Source: Eukaryota sp. TZLM1-RC
Taxonomy: Eukaryota > Protista > Metamonada: BaSk clade
Assembly (NCBI GenBank): GCA_040285825.1
Contig: JAUPSS010000010.1
Coordinates: 1,300,881 to 1,364,880 of the forward strand
Length of the DNA stretch: 64,000 nt
Direction of reading: 5' to 3'
Shown: in pieces, positions 1 through 12,100 of the stretch
Numbering within the stretch: position 1 is the first letter of the stretch
Layout: each line of letters starts with the position of its first letter
Translations under genes and position numbers: made by a program
The notes under the pieces: generated by a model
The model's database searches: none
Told to the model about the DNA's origin: nothing
What the model saw: only the letters and a program-made list of their open reading frames with translations

Positions 1-65
1 GCAAAGGTTCTAAAAAAGATAAAATCTCAGTGAATCTCAGAGAATCTGCTGCAATATTGGATTTT

Positions 66-694
66 TTTTTAAAAACTGGAATATTTATTGAGATAAAAAT
101 AACCATCTAGAATTCAATATCCTCCAAACAAGCGTCACTATTACTGAACCTACTCACAGCATTACGTTCATATTCTACACCGATAGCTAAAAGTGCCTTT
201 GAAATCATTGTAGGAATAGACTTGAAAATGCAAAAAACAATTCTATTTAACCAGAAAGTGGAGTTCATTGTTTTACCAGACCTATTCAGTAACACTTTTT
301 TAAAATTTTCCAAAAAGTGCAACCCTGAAGGTCCAATATTGCCAAAAAGAGAAATTGCAAACGGCACAAACTGATATTTCACATGTTCCACTCTACCTAA
401 CTGTGCCAAAGGTTCTTCATATTTTTTTATCTTCTTTTTTTCGGCGTTAGATAACGGCGAATCAGCGGAATACACTAAACGAGCAGCAGAATTTTTGCAA
501 ACATCAACTGAGACAACATCTACAACATTGAGAACACCATCGATCCCTGGAGCTACTAAATCTGCCCTTCTTTTACCAAAGGAATCATCAGTTTGATCTG
601 AAGACAGCTTACGTACTAGTGGCTCAATAAATGCCTCTATATTGAAACTTTTGCACATGGCATATAATTGATCACAAACTGAGTCATGAACAAT
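66..694 (-). mobile_element. 5'-truncated CRE-like (RLE) non-LTR retrotransposon, family 1
   Basis: ORF 107-658 has RLE motifs (RADLV..VDV..EKKKIKKY..FVPFAISLFG). AATAAA and a poly(A) tail on the minus strand. 12-bp TSD ATATTGGATTTT at 54-65 and 695-706. Confidence 0.85.
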
Positions 695-740
695 ATATTG
701 GATTTTACAACAAAATTCCCTTTTTCAAACAACAGTCAGA

Positions 741-1628
741 ATGGAGGGCCTCTCGCCTTTCCAGGGTGGTGCTTGTGGCCACAACACATCTCTTGGATGT
801 GATCCACTCAATGCTTGTTTTAATCGGTTCCAAAATGTCATACCTTCAGATTCTCATCTTGTTCACCTCAAGAATCCACCTCAATATATCAATGCTTCTT
901 ATGTTCATCATTGTTCATTTATTGCTACACAAGCTCCATTACCACACACAATCTCTCACTTTTGGCAAATGATTTTTGAAACTAATGCAACTGCAATTCT
1001 TTCCCTCACGCCCCTTTTAGATCAGTACTGGCCTTCTACCATTGGTTCAAACATAACATATTCGTTCTTCAATGTTTTATTGGAATCAGAAGAAATGATT
1101 CAATCTAATTCTATAATTGTCCGCACTTTTATTTTATCTATTTCAAATGAATCAACCACCTCCTTCAACCCTGGTAGTCCATGTACTCCAGGCCCCTCTA
1201 CTGTTTGTGCAAGTGATTCACTCCCATTCAAAAGAATCACACATATCCATTACCTTGGATGGCCAGATGGTCTTGCTCCTCGGTGCATCAATGAATGGAA
1301 TACTGTGCTTGATCTGGTTCTTTCACTGGGCTCGCCTCTTGCCCCCCTGAAGCCTCCCCTTATTGTACACTGTCTGGCTGGGGTGGGGAGGACAGCATGT
1401 GCCATTGCTACTTTGGTTATGCTCGACTGTGCTCGTAAAGGCTCTTTGGCTATGTTTAACTTGGATGAATTCATTGTAGATCTCAGGCGTTGTAGGTGTC
1501 CTTTAATGGTTGAGAATGAAGATCAGTATTCTTTTTTGGTTAATTTCAAAAATTGCCTGTCTTGCAATGATGTAAATGACAATTTTATTACTGATAGTTA
1601 TGAATATCTTTCTTGTAGATTTGATTAG
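741..1628 (+). CDS. Classical protein tyrosine phosphatase
   Basis: NRF, YINAS, IATQAPL, FWQM, WPD loop, HCLAGVGRT P-loop and Q-loop (MVENEDQY); intronless. Confidence 0.93.
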   Translation: MEGLSPFQGGACGHNTSLGCDPLNACFNRFQNVIPSDSHLVHLKNPPQYINASYVHHCSFIATQAPLPHTISHFWQMIFETNATAILSLTPLLDQYWPSTIGSNITYSFFNVLLESEEMIQSNSIIVRTFILSISNESTTSFNPGSPCTPGPSTVCASDSLPFKRITHIHYLGWPDGLAPRCINEWNTVLDLVLSLGSPLAPLKPPLIVHCLAGVGRTACAIATLVMLDCARKGSLAMFNLDEFIVDLRRCRCPLMVENEDQYSFLVNFKNCLSCNDVNDNFITDSYEYLSCRFD

Positions 1629-2506
1629 AGTTTCTCCATGGTGTTTTGTCCGTTTGTTGGGATTTTTAGAATGTCATTTGTTGCATGTTTCTAATACTTT
1701 GAATATCTTGAATCAATCATTAAATTTATTGGTTTCTAGATAAATTAATTGTATAACTCAGATTTTCCTCATTAGTGTTTTTTCTGGAACAGCAGATTTT
1801 CCCAAGATAAGAGACCTCAATCTTCACCACACATCTTTAATGCAACTGTCCATTGCATTTAACTGAGTGATATTAGCAGAATATATTGCACAATTCCACA
1901 TCTGCTGCTGTCTCCCTTGTTAGTATGCTGAATCATTGTTTGTTGTGTCTTTCACCAGTAAACATCTTCAGCATTCATTCCACAGGTCGGCTCTGGTGTG
2001 AGAACAAAAACTGAGAAAGTCATACTCGTATTTTTCCAATCCATAGCAGAAATCGTGTCCTGCTACATAGTTTTCTAGGTTATGGAAAGCACAAGACAAG
2101 AGCGATGAGTACAATGGATCTGATTCATATTGGTTAGAAACTCCCAAAAAATTCTAGTTCTCAAGCAAGGTTGATAAATACAGTTTTTTGTAATGTTAGA
2201 TTTCTATAAACGAGACATGGCATGTTTGCATAATACTCCGTTTTGTATTGGACAATGAAACATGTGCTCAAAAGAACATTCGCAAATACTTGTGCTTCAG
2301 AGTTTCTGTCAATGTAATTGTTAAGTTGTCACACTGTTTTATACTAAATACTGTGTGCTTGGCAGTATTGGCTATCGATCAACTTGTAGCATTTGAGGGA
2401 AAATTTGTGTATGATATTGTCAATAAATGAATGATCGTTTAGCAACAAAAAATTATTATTGAAGCCTATCTCAGTTGACTGACATAAAATTGAGTTCTAT
2501 TGGGTT

Positions 2507-2833
2507 CTATTGGGGGTTTTCGTCAGGCTGGGTCATAGTGTGACGACTCTTTCTTTCGGGAGGACTCATTTGAGTTGTATGGGCAACAATTTCCTCAGTT
2601 CTTTCTACTACTGTTTCCGATGGAACAGGTTGTTCAGTACTGGACGGCCTTGATCCTAGTGGAGATTGAGACCAAGTACGCTTTATTTCCTCTCCAATCT
2701 TCTTAAATTTATCTTGCATTCGTTCCCAACCTTCACTCATGTCCTGTCGAACGTCTTCAATGTTCTTAGCAAGACGTTCTTGTGAAGATCTCCAACTACC
2801 TTTGAGTCCTTGATCACGCTCCTGTTCAGACAT
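2507..2833 (-). CDS. Hypothetical hydrophilic protein (108 aa)
   Basis: ATG-started ORF with coding-like composition; amphipathic helical N-half and S/P/T-rich tail. Confidence 0.6.
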   Translation of the reverse strand: MSEQERDQGLKGSWRSSQERLAKNIEDVRQDMSEGWERMQDKFKKIGEEIKRTWSQSPLGSRPSSTEQPVPSETVVERTEEIVAHTTQMSPPERKSRHTMTQPDENPQ

Positions 2834-2954
2834 AGGTAATTAAAAGTGAGTGTTGATACAACTTTATTCTAAATCACAACAGATCTGGCAGATTTCAAAC
2901 TTAGTAGATATATCACCCATAACTATCAAACCATTTTCTGTTCATTTTGTTACA

Positions 2955-3131
2955 ATGTCAGAGAAGTTCCAATCTCCTAGCGTTTCCGAGCACCTGTCTA
3001 AAGAACAAAAGCAGCAGAGAGCCAACATGGATACTGTAAAAGGACCTCATCTTATGGCCAAGCTAAGAGAGGAGGAACAAAAGAAGCAGGGGATTCAACC
3101 AAAAGACGAAGAGTTTTTTGATGAGTATTAG
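2955..3131 (+). CDS. Small hypothetical charged protein (58 aa; MSEKFQ...EFFDEY)
   Basis: First ATG at 2955; AATAAA about 15 nt after the stop; divergent from 2507-2833. Confidence 0.55.
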   Translation: MSEKFQSPSVSEHLSKEQKQQRANMDTVKGPHLMAKLREEEQKKQGIQPKDEEFFDEY

Positions 3132-3279
3132 TTGTTTCGGGTTTGCAATAAAGATATAGTAGTATCAAACCAACTTTAAAAGGTAGCAACTATAAGAATA
3201 ATAGAGATGTCATGATCAGCTGCCTTGTAGTTCTCAAATTTTATGAAAAGATGAACTGAAAGTTTTTTTAGTTCAAGTT

Positions 3280-3908
3280 TTTTATTTTTATATCTTATGA
3301 GGAATGAAAAAAATCATCAAATACACAACTAAAGCTCCACATTCTCACAGTATTCCTCCCCTATATCAAAACAATTAATTACTAAAGATTCAGAAAATTT
3401 CACACAAGATGAGAGTGAATCAGAATCTAATTTCACCATTCCCTTAAAAATAGAAAAAGCAATCCTGTTTTACCAGTATATACGATTAAAAATTCTTCCA
3501 GTTCTTTGTTTTACAACTACATCAAAATCCTCGAGGAAAGCCATAGCAGCCTTACCTAAAGATCCCAGCAAGGAAAAAACAAAGGGACATGAATTATATT
3601 GGGCATGAAAATTTTCATTTACAGAGGACACGGGTTTCACGTATTTAGTAATTTTGGATTTTTCGCCAGCAAGAAGAGGATTATTTACATTTGAGTTAAT
3701 GAAATGTTCGTTAGAAGAATTACAACGGTCTATGGACATGGTATCCAAAATAGTAAACTACCATTAAAGCCGGGAACAGCCAACTCGCCTCTTGTCAGAC
3801 CCATAGAAGCTCTATTGCAGCACGTACTATCAATATTGGGGTCATCAAGAATGAATTTTGATAGCAAAGGCTCTAAAAAGGAATCTACTCGATATGATTT
3901 ACACATTA
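3280..3908 (-). mobile_element. CRE-like non-LTR element family 2, 3' part (split by LTR element A)
   Basis: Degenerate RLE coding (NPLLAGEK..KY..PFVFSLLGSLG). Sequence continues seamlessly at 17885. Confidence 0.8.
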
Positions 3909-4056
3909 TGTTAGTCTTGAATAGTATTTATAGTTTATTTGTATAGTTTATTAGCATTCCGCCTATTAGTTTAAGAAGAGAGAATGCAATTCCTCTTTGT
4001 AATAAATTTCATTACTTTTCTACTGTATGTCTAACATTAACGAGCAAAGACCATCA
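3909..4056 (+). repeat. 5' LTR of element A
   Basis: Direct repeat of 17737-17884; TG..CA ends; AATAAA. Confidence 0.95.
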
Positions 4057-7000
4057 ATACGTATTGGGTCGTCCCCGGCTCAACGCAGGATCTTTGAGGA
4101 ACAGACTGGTCCCTCTTCCTCATCACTAACCACAGACCCAGCTTCCGTGCCCCCTTCTTCGGTAGAAGCTTCTGCGCTTCCTGAAGCAACTCTTTCTGAG
4201 GGTTCTACCCCAAGGGAAGACAGTTCCCTTCCTGAGGATTCCGTTCCAATGGAAAGAAGCTCCCCTCCTCGGGATTCCGTTCCTGTGGAAGGAGACAACC
4301 CCCCTAAGGATTCTATTCCTTCGGAAGGAAGAAGCCCTTCATTAGTCTCCTACGACGACGAAGAAGTTGAGGATTCCGTTGCTCCTCTCCCTCCTTCGCA
4401 ATTGAGGGCATCTGAAGTCCCACCTTCCCCTTCTACTCAAAACAGAGAGACTGTTCAACCTTCTCTCGCGACAAAGGAAGGATTGGAAGATCAACCCTCT
4501 TCCTCCCCTACAAAGGCCATTGAAGTACCATCTTCATCCCTTCCATCCAGTTCTGAGGTTCCACCCTCTCACTCTCAACAGCTTCTCCCTCCAGTTCCAA
4601 CTGTTAGGAGGAATATTCAAAATCCTGCTGTTCCAACTTCAGGATATCCTAACTTCAACAGTAAGTGGAGTTAATAATCTGTCTGTTTCCCCTTTCCAGG
4701 CTAGTGATTCCATTCCTAGCACTTCGAACCTTCCTTCGTATCTTTCTGAAGAACAAAGGAAAAGGTACGAACAAATCTTTTCAGATTTGGTAGAGTACGA
4801 AGAACCTCCCAAGGAATTCTCCCCTTTACCTCAACAGCAGGTCCCTCCTACGGCACCTCCATCTGAAATTGACAGAATTTCTGGTGAGGTCTCTAATAAA
4901 TATTTAGAGCTTTTCCTTCAAGAAAAACGAAACTGGGAACACAGAAAAAGACTGGATAGAGAGATTGAAGCTAGAAGAGGAACATCCTCTACACCTGCTC
5001 AACCTACCCCTTCTCAAGCTAGCTCCTACGCTAGCTCAAGTGTTCATCGTGGTGCTTCCCATCAGCACAATCTCTATGCCTGTTATAGGGATCCGCAAAT
5101 AATTCCAGACCCCGAAGCCATCCCTCCCACGGAGATGAGCAACGGGCGTCCTCCTTTCTTCGGCCCTAGAGTCGAAAATGACCTAGGATTATGGATCACT
5201 CCAAGGATTGGTCCATATCTCTCCGACGAAAGAATTACTCCGGAAAACACGAGACACGACCCTGAACCGACTCACGACCCAAGACCCGGAGTTAGGTTCA
5301 TGAGAACTACTCGAGAAGGAGTATTCAGACGCTTCGCTGGAGATGAAGAAACCTCTTCATAAATGCCTACAACCCTTGCCCCTACCCTAGGTTCAGCCCT
5401 GGGTACAACGCATCTCTCGATATCCTTATTGACAGAGATTATAGAACAGGGTGGTGGTTTACCGAAACCACATATGGTGAAAGACTCATCCTTTACGACA
5501 GACGTCCTGACCATATAGCTTCATATTGTGGTCCTGACCACAGAAGATCAGGCAATCTTCAAAGAGCTCTCCAGCTCGTCACGGTTTTCCCTGGATGCAT
5601 AGAATCCAGGATGTTAAAATGGGTCATGGTAGAAGGTCGCATTGAAAAGACACGCTTGGTTCAACCAGCGATCTCTTCATATCAGGTCCCAGCCCAGATT
5701 GAAGAGACAGAACCTTCTCCTGAACCTCAACCTCAACAGAGTGAAGCTCCATTTTCCTCCGCTCAACCTCCCGAATCATCACAACCTCCTGATCATCACA
5801 AACTGATTCACTTTCTACCACGGAAACCCCTAATCCCAACCAATCTGCTATGGAACAAGCCGACGACGACGTCATCACTGTGAGCAGTGAATCACCCACC
5901 CCCATCACATCTTCTGATGCAATACCTGCTCCCATCACTCCCGTTAGTCGAGCTCCTCAACCCCAACCTACACCTTCCATGACAGGTTCAACAACCTCCA
6001 TTTCCTCACATCAATCACCCTTCTCGGGCACATACGAAAGTAGCCTTCTTCTTTCTTCAATGATTGGATCAAGAGATCGAGATGACAGACGTAGGGATCG
6101 TCCTAAACGTCCATATCTTGAAGCTTCCGATTTGAGAGACGCTGATAAACTTCTAAAGTTTGTCAACAAATTCATTCTCTGGAGTCGTACCGACCGAGTC
6201 CTAAGAGAAACGAGAGGTAACGTTGAGGATCCAGCCCAGATAGCTCTAGCCAACGAAGTTGCCAGACTACGTGAAGAATTAGAACTAGCTAGAGAAGGTT
6301 CCCAACCATCGATCGATGAGTATTTTGGTGACATCACTGGAGAACCAGTTCACGAATGGGACTTGTTCCGTCAAGCCATGAGGATCAACCCCCGAGGCCT
6401 CGCTGAATGTGTCACCCCTGAGGTGCTACATGCGTTAAGATATCAAGGTGCTCACCTAGCTATTTCTTCTCCCACGGTCCCTACCCCAAGAGACGAACGC
6501 ATAATTTGGGCTCAAATTCTGAGAAGAACCCAATTCAGCAGACTGCATGAGGCTAATCGAGCTCTCCTCGCAACTAACATGGACTGGTCGGAAAGAGATT
6601 ATGGCAATAGATGGATTGACTTCATGGTCAACATCGGCAGAGTTCTGACTCGCTCCACTGCCATCCAAGAGTTTAGGGGCATCTCCCAACAATTGAGAAC
6701 ATTCTCCATAAGCTCCACTCCTCCAGCTGACAGACTTTCAGACTGGGTAGTTGCTACTCATGTCCTAGAAAGCATAGGAATTATCCCTATCAGAGACAGA
6801 CTCCTCAGGATCTGGTCCTCTCCTTCTCACTACTCATCTGATGGCCACACCCTTGGCGAATTCTTTAGTGTTCTCCAAATTGAATACGAGAATTTCTGTA
6901 ACGCCAGATCGTTCATGGAACAACTAAACCATGTCGATTTCACCTATCAGAACCAATTAAGTCACCAGCAGGCCTCTCACCGACCTCCCACGGTCGTTCC

Positions 7001-7439
7001 CTCCCCACGACCACGAGGTTCCTGTCCAGGTAAACGCCCCAAACAAAGTAAGAGAGGAGGAAGCCTACCACAATCGTCTTCCCAGGCCGCTGACGTCCAA
7101 TGCAACTTCTGTAAGCAAAAGGGCCATCCAACCGAAAGGTGTCCCAGTGAAGACTGCCAAAGGAGCAAGAAATGGAGAGAGCAACAAGCTCAACAGCAAG
7201 CTCGAGGTAGAAGTTCTAGAGGTTCTGGTTTCCGTAGTCGAAGAGGCACTCGCGGCAGAGGCAGAGGCTCTTCTTACAATAAACGTTCCCGTCACTATTT
7301 ATGTACTTTAGAAACCATACCCCCTACAACAACAACACAATCACACACAGAAAGTTCAGCATGGAAAGATTCTCTAATCAATCCACTTGCCAACTTGGAA
7401 CCTACCAAGATACCCAACAGCCAGGCTAACTTCTTCTAA
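4027..7439 (+). pseudogene. gag: Extended gag of element A (frameshifted N-terminal part; 5850-7439 open)
   Basis: P/S-rich ORF pieces, then a capsid-like region, the CNFCKQKGHPTERC knuckle and an RG-rich tail. Confidence 0.8.
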
Positions 7440-7481
7440 GAACAAGCCGACTTAAATGGACATGATTCTGATACAATTTTT

Positions 7482-9140
7482 ATGGTACAATCCATGCATC
7501 ACAATTGCCTACAATTAAACTTCTTGATCAACAATGTCGAAGTTAAAGGCATAATTGACTCTGGTGCAACATGCTCAGTAGTCACGGAAGACGTCATCAG
7601 TAATTGTAACATGGCACGTTCCAACGAAACCATATCATACAATATTGCTGTTGGAACTACCTCACAGTCCCTTGGTACTGCTTCTGGAACCCTTAGCATT
7701 AGACTAAAAAGTGTTACCCAGATTGTACACGTGAAACACAAGTTCAGCATCGTTCCTGGACATGAGACCATTCTCATTGGTGCTGACTTGTTGAGTCACC
7801 TTGGGCTGATGAACAACAAGGGCATTTATATTAGAATGGACGACGCCTGTCGTACATTACTATTACCTGAAGCCGAATTCGACCATCGAATATCGCAAGC
7901 TTCAGAAGTCGTCAACGTTTCCACACGTTGGTTGGAACACATCAACTCATCTGGTTGTACCATCGACCTCGTCAACGACCTTTTCAAGAAGTCCCTACTT
8001 CAAACTTTGAAAGAGTTCGAAGACGTATTTACCCTCAAGCCTCATGCTGAAGGTATTGATTGCCCTCCCATGGAAATCAACTTCTACAATGAAGACGTCA
8101 GAGTTAGAAGACCCCCCAGGACCCTGAATCCAGCCAGGCTAGAGGTCGCTAACCAAATTTTCGACGAATTCGTAGACTCAGGATTTGCTGTCCCATCGAA
8201 CCATGAGTTCAGCTCCCCTGTCTGTCTAGTGGTCTACCCAGATAACCGTAAGCCCCGCCTTACCGGTGATTATAGTGGCAAGGACGGAGTCAACGCCAAC
8301 ACCATTGCTGTTGAGCCCAACCTTCCAAGGATCTCCGACGTGCTGGTATTTCTCTCCCAAGCGAACTACATAGGCACCCTTGACCTCCTCAAAGCCTTTT
8401 GGCAACTCAAGATTGCTGAAAAGGATTGGCAGAAAACAGCCCTGAGCATTCCTGGCAAAATTATCATGTTCAAACGTGCAGCTTTTGGCCTCAAGAATGT
8501 CCCAGCCGTTTTCCAAAACGTCATGGCTGACATCTTCTTTAGAGACGGTGTCTTCATTTACATAGATGACATCATAATCATAGGTTCAACCTTTGACGAA
8601 TTCATTGAACGCCTCCGTCGCGTCCTTGATCAAGCCAGATGCAAAAGAGTTTCCTTGGGACTTCCAAAGTGCCATTTCGTGTCTTCCAGACACCCAATCA
8701 AGATACTGGGCAGTGTTTTCCAAAACAAACAACGGACTATCGATCCCACTCGCGTTGAATCTTTGTTGAATCTACCTAGACCAAAGACAATCAAAGACGT
8801 CCGCAGCCTCGTAGGATCAGTCAACTTTATTAGAAAATGGTTTCCTCAGGTATCTGAGCTCATCGCTCCTATGATCAGATTGACTAAGAAGGATGGAAAC
8901 AACTCCAACGTTAAACCCAGACCCCGCACGCAACGCCTTCAATGGACCGACATGCACGACGGACTCCTTCAAAAGATCAAACAACTGATAGCGAAGCACA
9001 TGCCGCTCAGCTTACCACCTCTGGAAAACCAAATTTTAATTAGTTGCGATGTATCCGACATAGCTGTAGGCGGCGTCATATGGGAACAATTAGAACAAAT
9101 CGACGACCCCGGTACCCCCCCTGATCAACAGGAAATCTAG
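7482..9140 (+). pseudogene. pol: pol of element A: aspartic protease, RT and start of RNase H
   Basis: IDSGA, LIGAD, LDLLKAFWQ, FGLKN, YIDD. Same frame as gag across a single TAA; frameshift at about 9120. Confidence 0.9.
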
Positions 9141-12100
9141 GCCTATCAGCTTCTTCAGCCGGTTGTTGACCAACTCGCAAAAGAACTGGCGAACAAACCA
9201 AAAGGAACTCTATGCCATCCTGCTCATGTTAACTCAAAGTGGTTTTGAAAACTACTTGAAAGGAAGGAAACTGGTCATATTCACAGACCATCAAAATCTT
9301 ACCTACATGTTCACAGCTCCTGAGAAGAACAGAATTGTAACTAGATGGTTACCCATATTCTCTGAATTCTGCTTCGATTTGGTACATACCGAAGGGGAAG
9401 ATAACTTCTGGGCTGATATGTTGTCTCGAATAGTTCCGCCTATAGACCATCAAGAGATCAATCATTTGTCCCATCAAATGTCTCCAAATTTTCATCCATT
9501 ATTTTACATCGATAAAATTGATGGAACAGAAGATGAAAGATACTACATCGAAGACTTAAACAACTTCGAACGTATCATGGTCATCAGAGAACGATGTTCC
9601 AACGACCTGCCTATTTTCGAGCCATGGCTCTGTAGGATTTGGTCCGAACAGAAGCTTGCCATAACTTCCAAAGACCCCTCTTTCAACAACTGTGTTCATA
9701 ACAATCATCTTGATTTATATATGACTCACAACAACAAGATAGTGATTCCCAGATCACTCATTAAGGACACCCTTAACTTGTTGCATGGACTTCTGCAAGG
9801 AGGCCTGAACAAAGCCTGAACAAGCTCAGGAACAGCGATTATTGGTGGCCAAACATGCTCACCGACATGAATAAGCACGTCCAAGAATGCCCCTCCTGTC
9901 AGAAAACTAAGCCAGTTCCCAAACTGCACGTTCCCCCAACCGGTTCATTGTGGGCTGACAGACCTTTTGCTCGCGTCAACGCCGACGTTATTGGTCCTCA
10001 CCCAGAAGATCAAGAAGGCTACAAATACATCCTCGAATTTATTGACAGCTTCTCTAGGTTCACGATCATCGTGCCTTTAAACGAGATAAATGCTAATCTT
10101 ACTGCAGATGCATTAATTCGGAAAGTCTGTGCCATCTTTGGTATTCCATTTCAAATCCACAGCGATAATGGACCCGAATTTTCCAAGGCTGTTTTTGACG
10201 AACTAAGCAAATTTTTAGGCATAGAGGTGTCAAAGTCAATTCCCAGGTTTTCTCAGTCCAACGGCTTGGTAGAGCGCCGACACAGAGACATCCTGCAAAA
10301 CCTGAGGAAATTGCTCGTAGACTTCAACGCCTACGATGTGTGGTCTGAATATTTGCCTTATGTGCAATTATTGATCAACTCCTCAAAGAGCTCAATAACC
10401 AACCACACTCCATACCAAGTGATCTTTGGCTCAGATGTGTCTCCCAGATCAGACCCTGGCAAAATTCTTGAAATCATTGAAAGCTCGACGTCTGAGTCAT
10501 CTTTTATTCAAGAAATTCAATCTAAATTTCGAAGGTTGAAAGAGAAACAGGAAAAGGCAGCACACCATGAAGCTTCCAAAGCTTCCAAGCTAACTAGATC
10601 GACAACTCCAAACCCTTTTGAAGTTGGTCAATTGATATTGAGAGCATCTGGGGGATTGGCAGAAAACAGCCCTGAGCATTCCTGTCAAAATTATCATGTT
10701 CAAACGTGCAGCTTTTGGCCTCAAGAATGTCCTTTGCCGTTTTCCAAAACGTCATGGCTGACATCTTCTTTAGAGACGGTGTCTTCATTTACATAGATGA
10801 CATCATAATCATAGGTTCAACCTTTGACGAATTCATTGAACGCCTCCGTCGCGTCCTTGATCAAGCCAGATGCAAAAGAGTTTCCTTGGGACTTCCAAAG
10901 TGCCATTTCGTGTCTTCCAGACACCCAATCAAGATACTGGGCAGTGTTTTCCAAAACAAACAACGGACTATCGATCCCACTCGCGTTGAATCTTTGTTGA
11001 ATCTACCTAGACCAAAGACAATCAAAGACGTCCGCAGCCTCGTAGGATCAGTCAACTTTATTAGAAAATGGTTTCCTCAGGTATCTGAGCTCATCGCTCC
11101 TATGATCAGATTGACTAAGAAGGATGGAAACAACTCCAACGTTAAACCCAGACCCCGCACGCAACGCCTTCAATGGACCAACATGCACGACGGACTCCTT
11201 CAAAAGATCAAACAACTGATAGCGAAGCACATGCCGCTCAGCTTACCACCTCTGGAAAACCAAATTTTAATTAGTTGCGATGTATCCGACATAGCTGTAG
11301 GCGGCGTCATATGGGAACAATTAGAACAAGTCGACGACCCCGGTACCCCCCCTGATCAACAGGAAATCTAGGCCTATCAGCTGCTTCAGCCGGTTGTTAA
11401 CCAACTCGCAAAAGAACTGGCCGACAAACCAAAAGGAACTCTATGCCATCCTGCTCATGCTAACTCAAAGTGGTTTTGAAAACTACTTGAAAGGAAGGAA
11501 ACTGGTTATATTCACAGACCATCAAAACCTTACCTACATGTTCACAGCTCCTGAGAAGAACAGAATTGTAACTAGATGGTTACCCATATTCTCTGAATTC
11601 TGCTTCGATTTGGTACATACCGAAGGGGAAGATAACTTCTGGGCTGATATGTTGTCTCGAATAGTTCCGCCTATAGACCATCAAGAGATCAATCATTTGT
11701 CCCATCAAATGTCACCAAATTTTCATCCAATATTTTACATCGATAAAATTGATGGAACAGAAGATGAAAGATACTATATCGAAGACTTAAACAACTTCGA
11801 ACGTATCATGGTCATCAGAGAACGATGTTCCAACGACCTGCCTATTTTCGAGCCATGGCTCTGTAGGATTTGGTCCGAACAGAAGCTTGCCATAACTTCC
11901 AAAGACCCCTCTTTCAACAACTGTGTTCATAACAATCATCTTGATTTATATATGACTCACGACAACAAGATAGTGATTCCCAGATCACTCATTAAGGACA
12001 CCCTTAACTTGTTGCATGGACTTCTGCAAGGAGGCCTGAACAAAGCCTGAACAAGCTCAGGAACAGCGATTATTGGTGGCCAAACATGCTCACCGACATG

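Noticed and set aside
1750-2300. Possible decayed gene or transposase on the minus strand
   Set aside because: Multiple stops and no motif I can assign with confidence.
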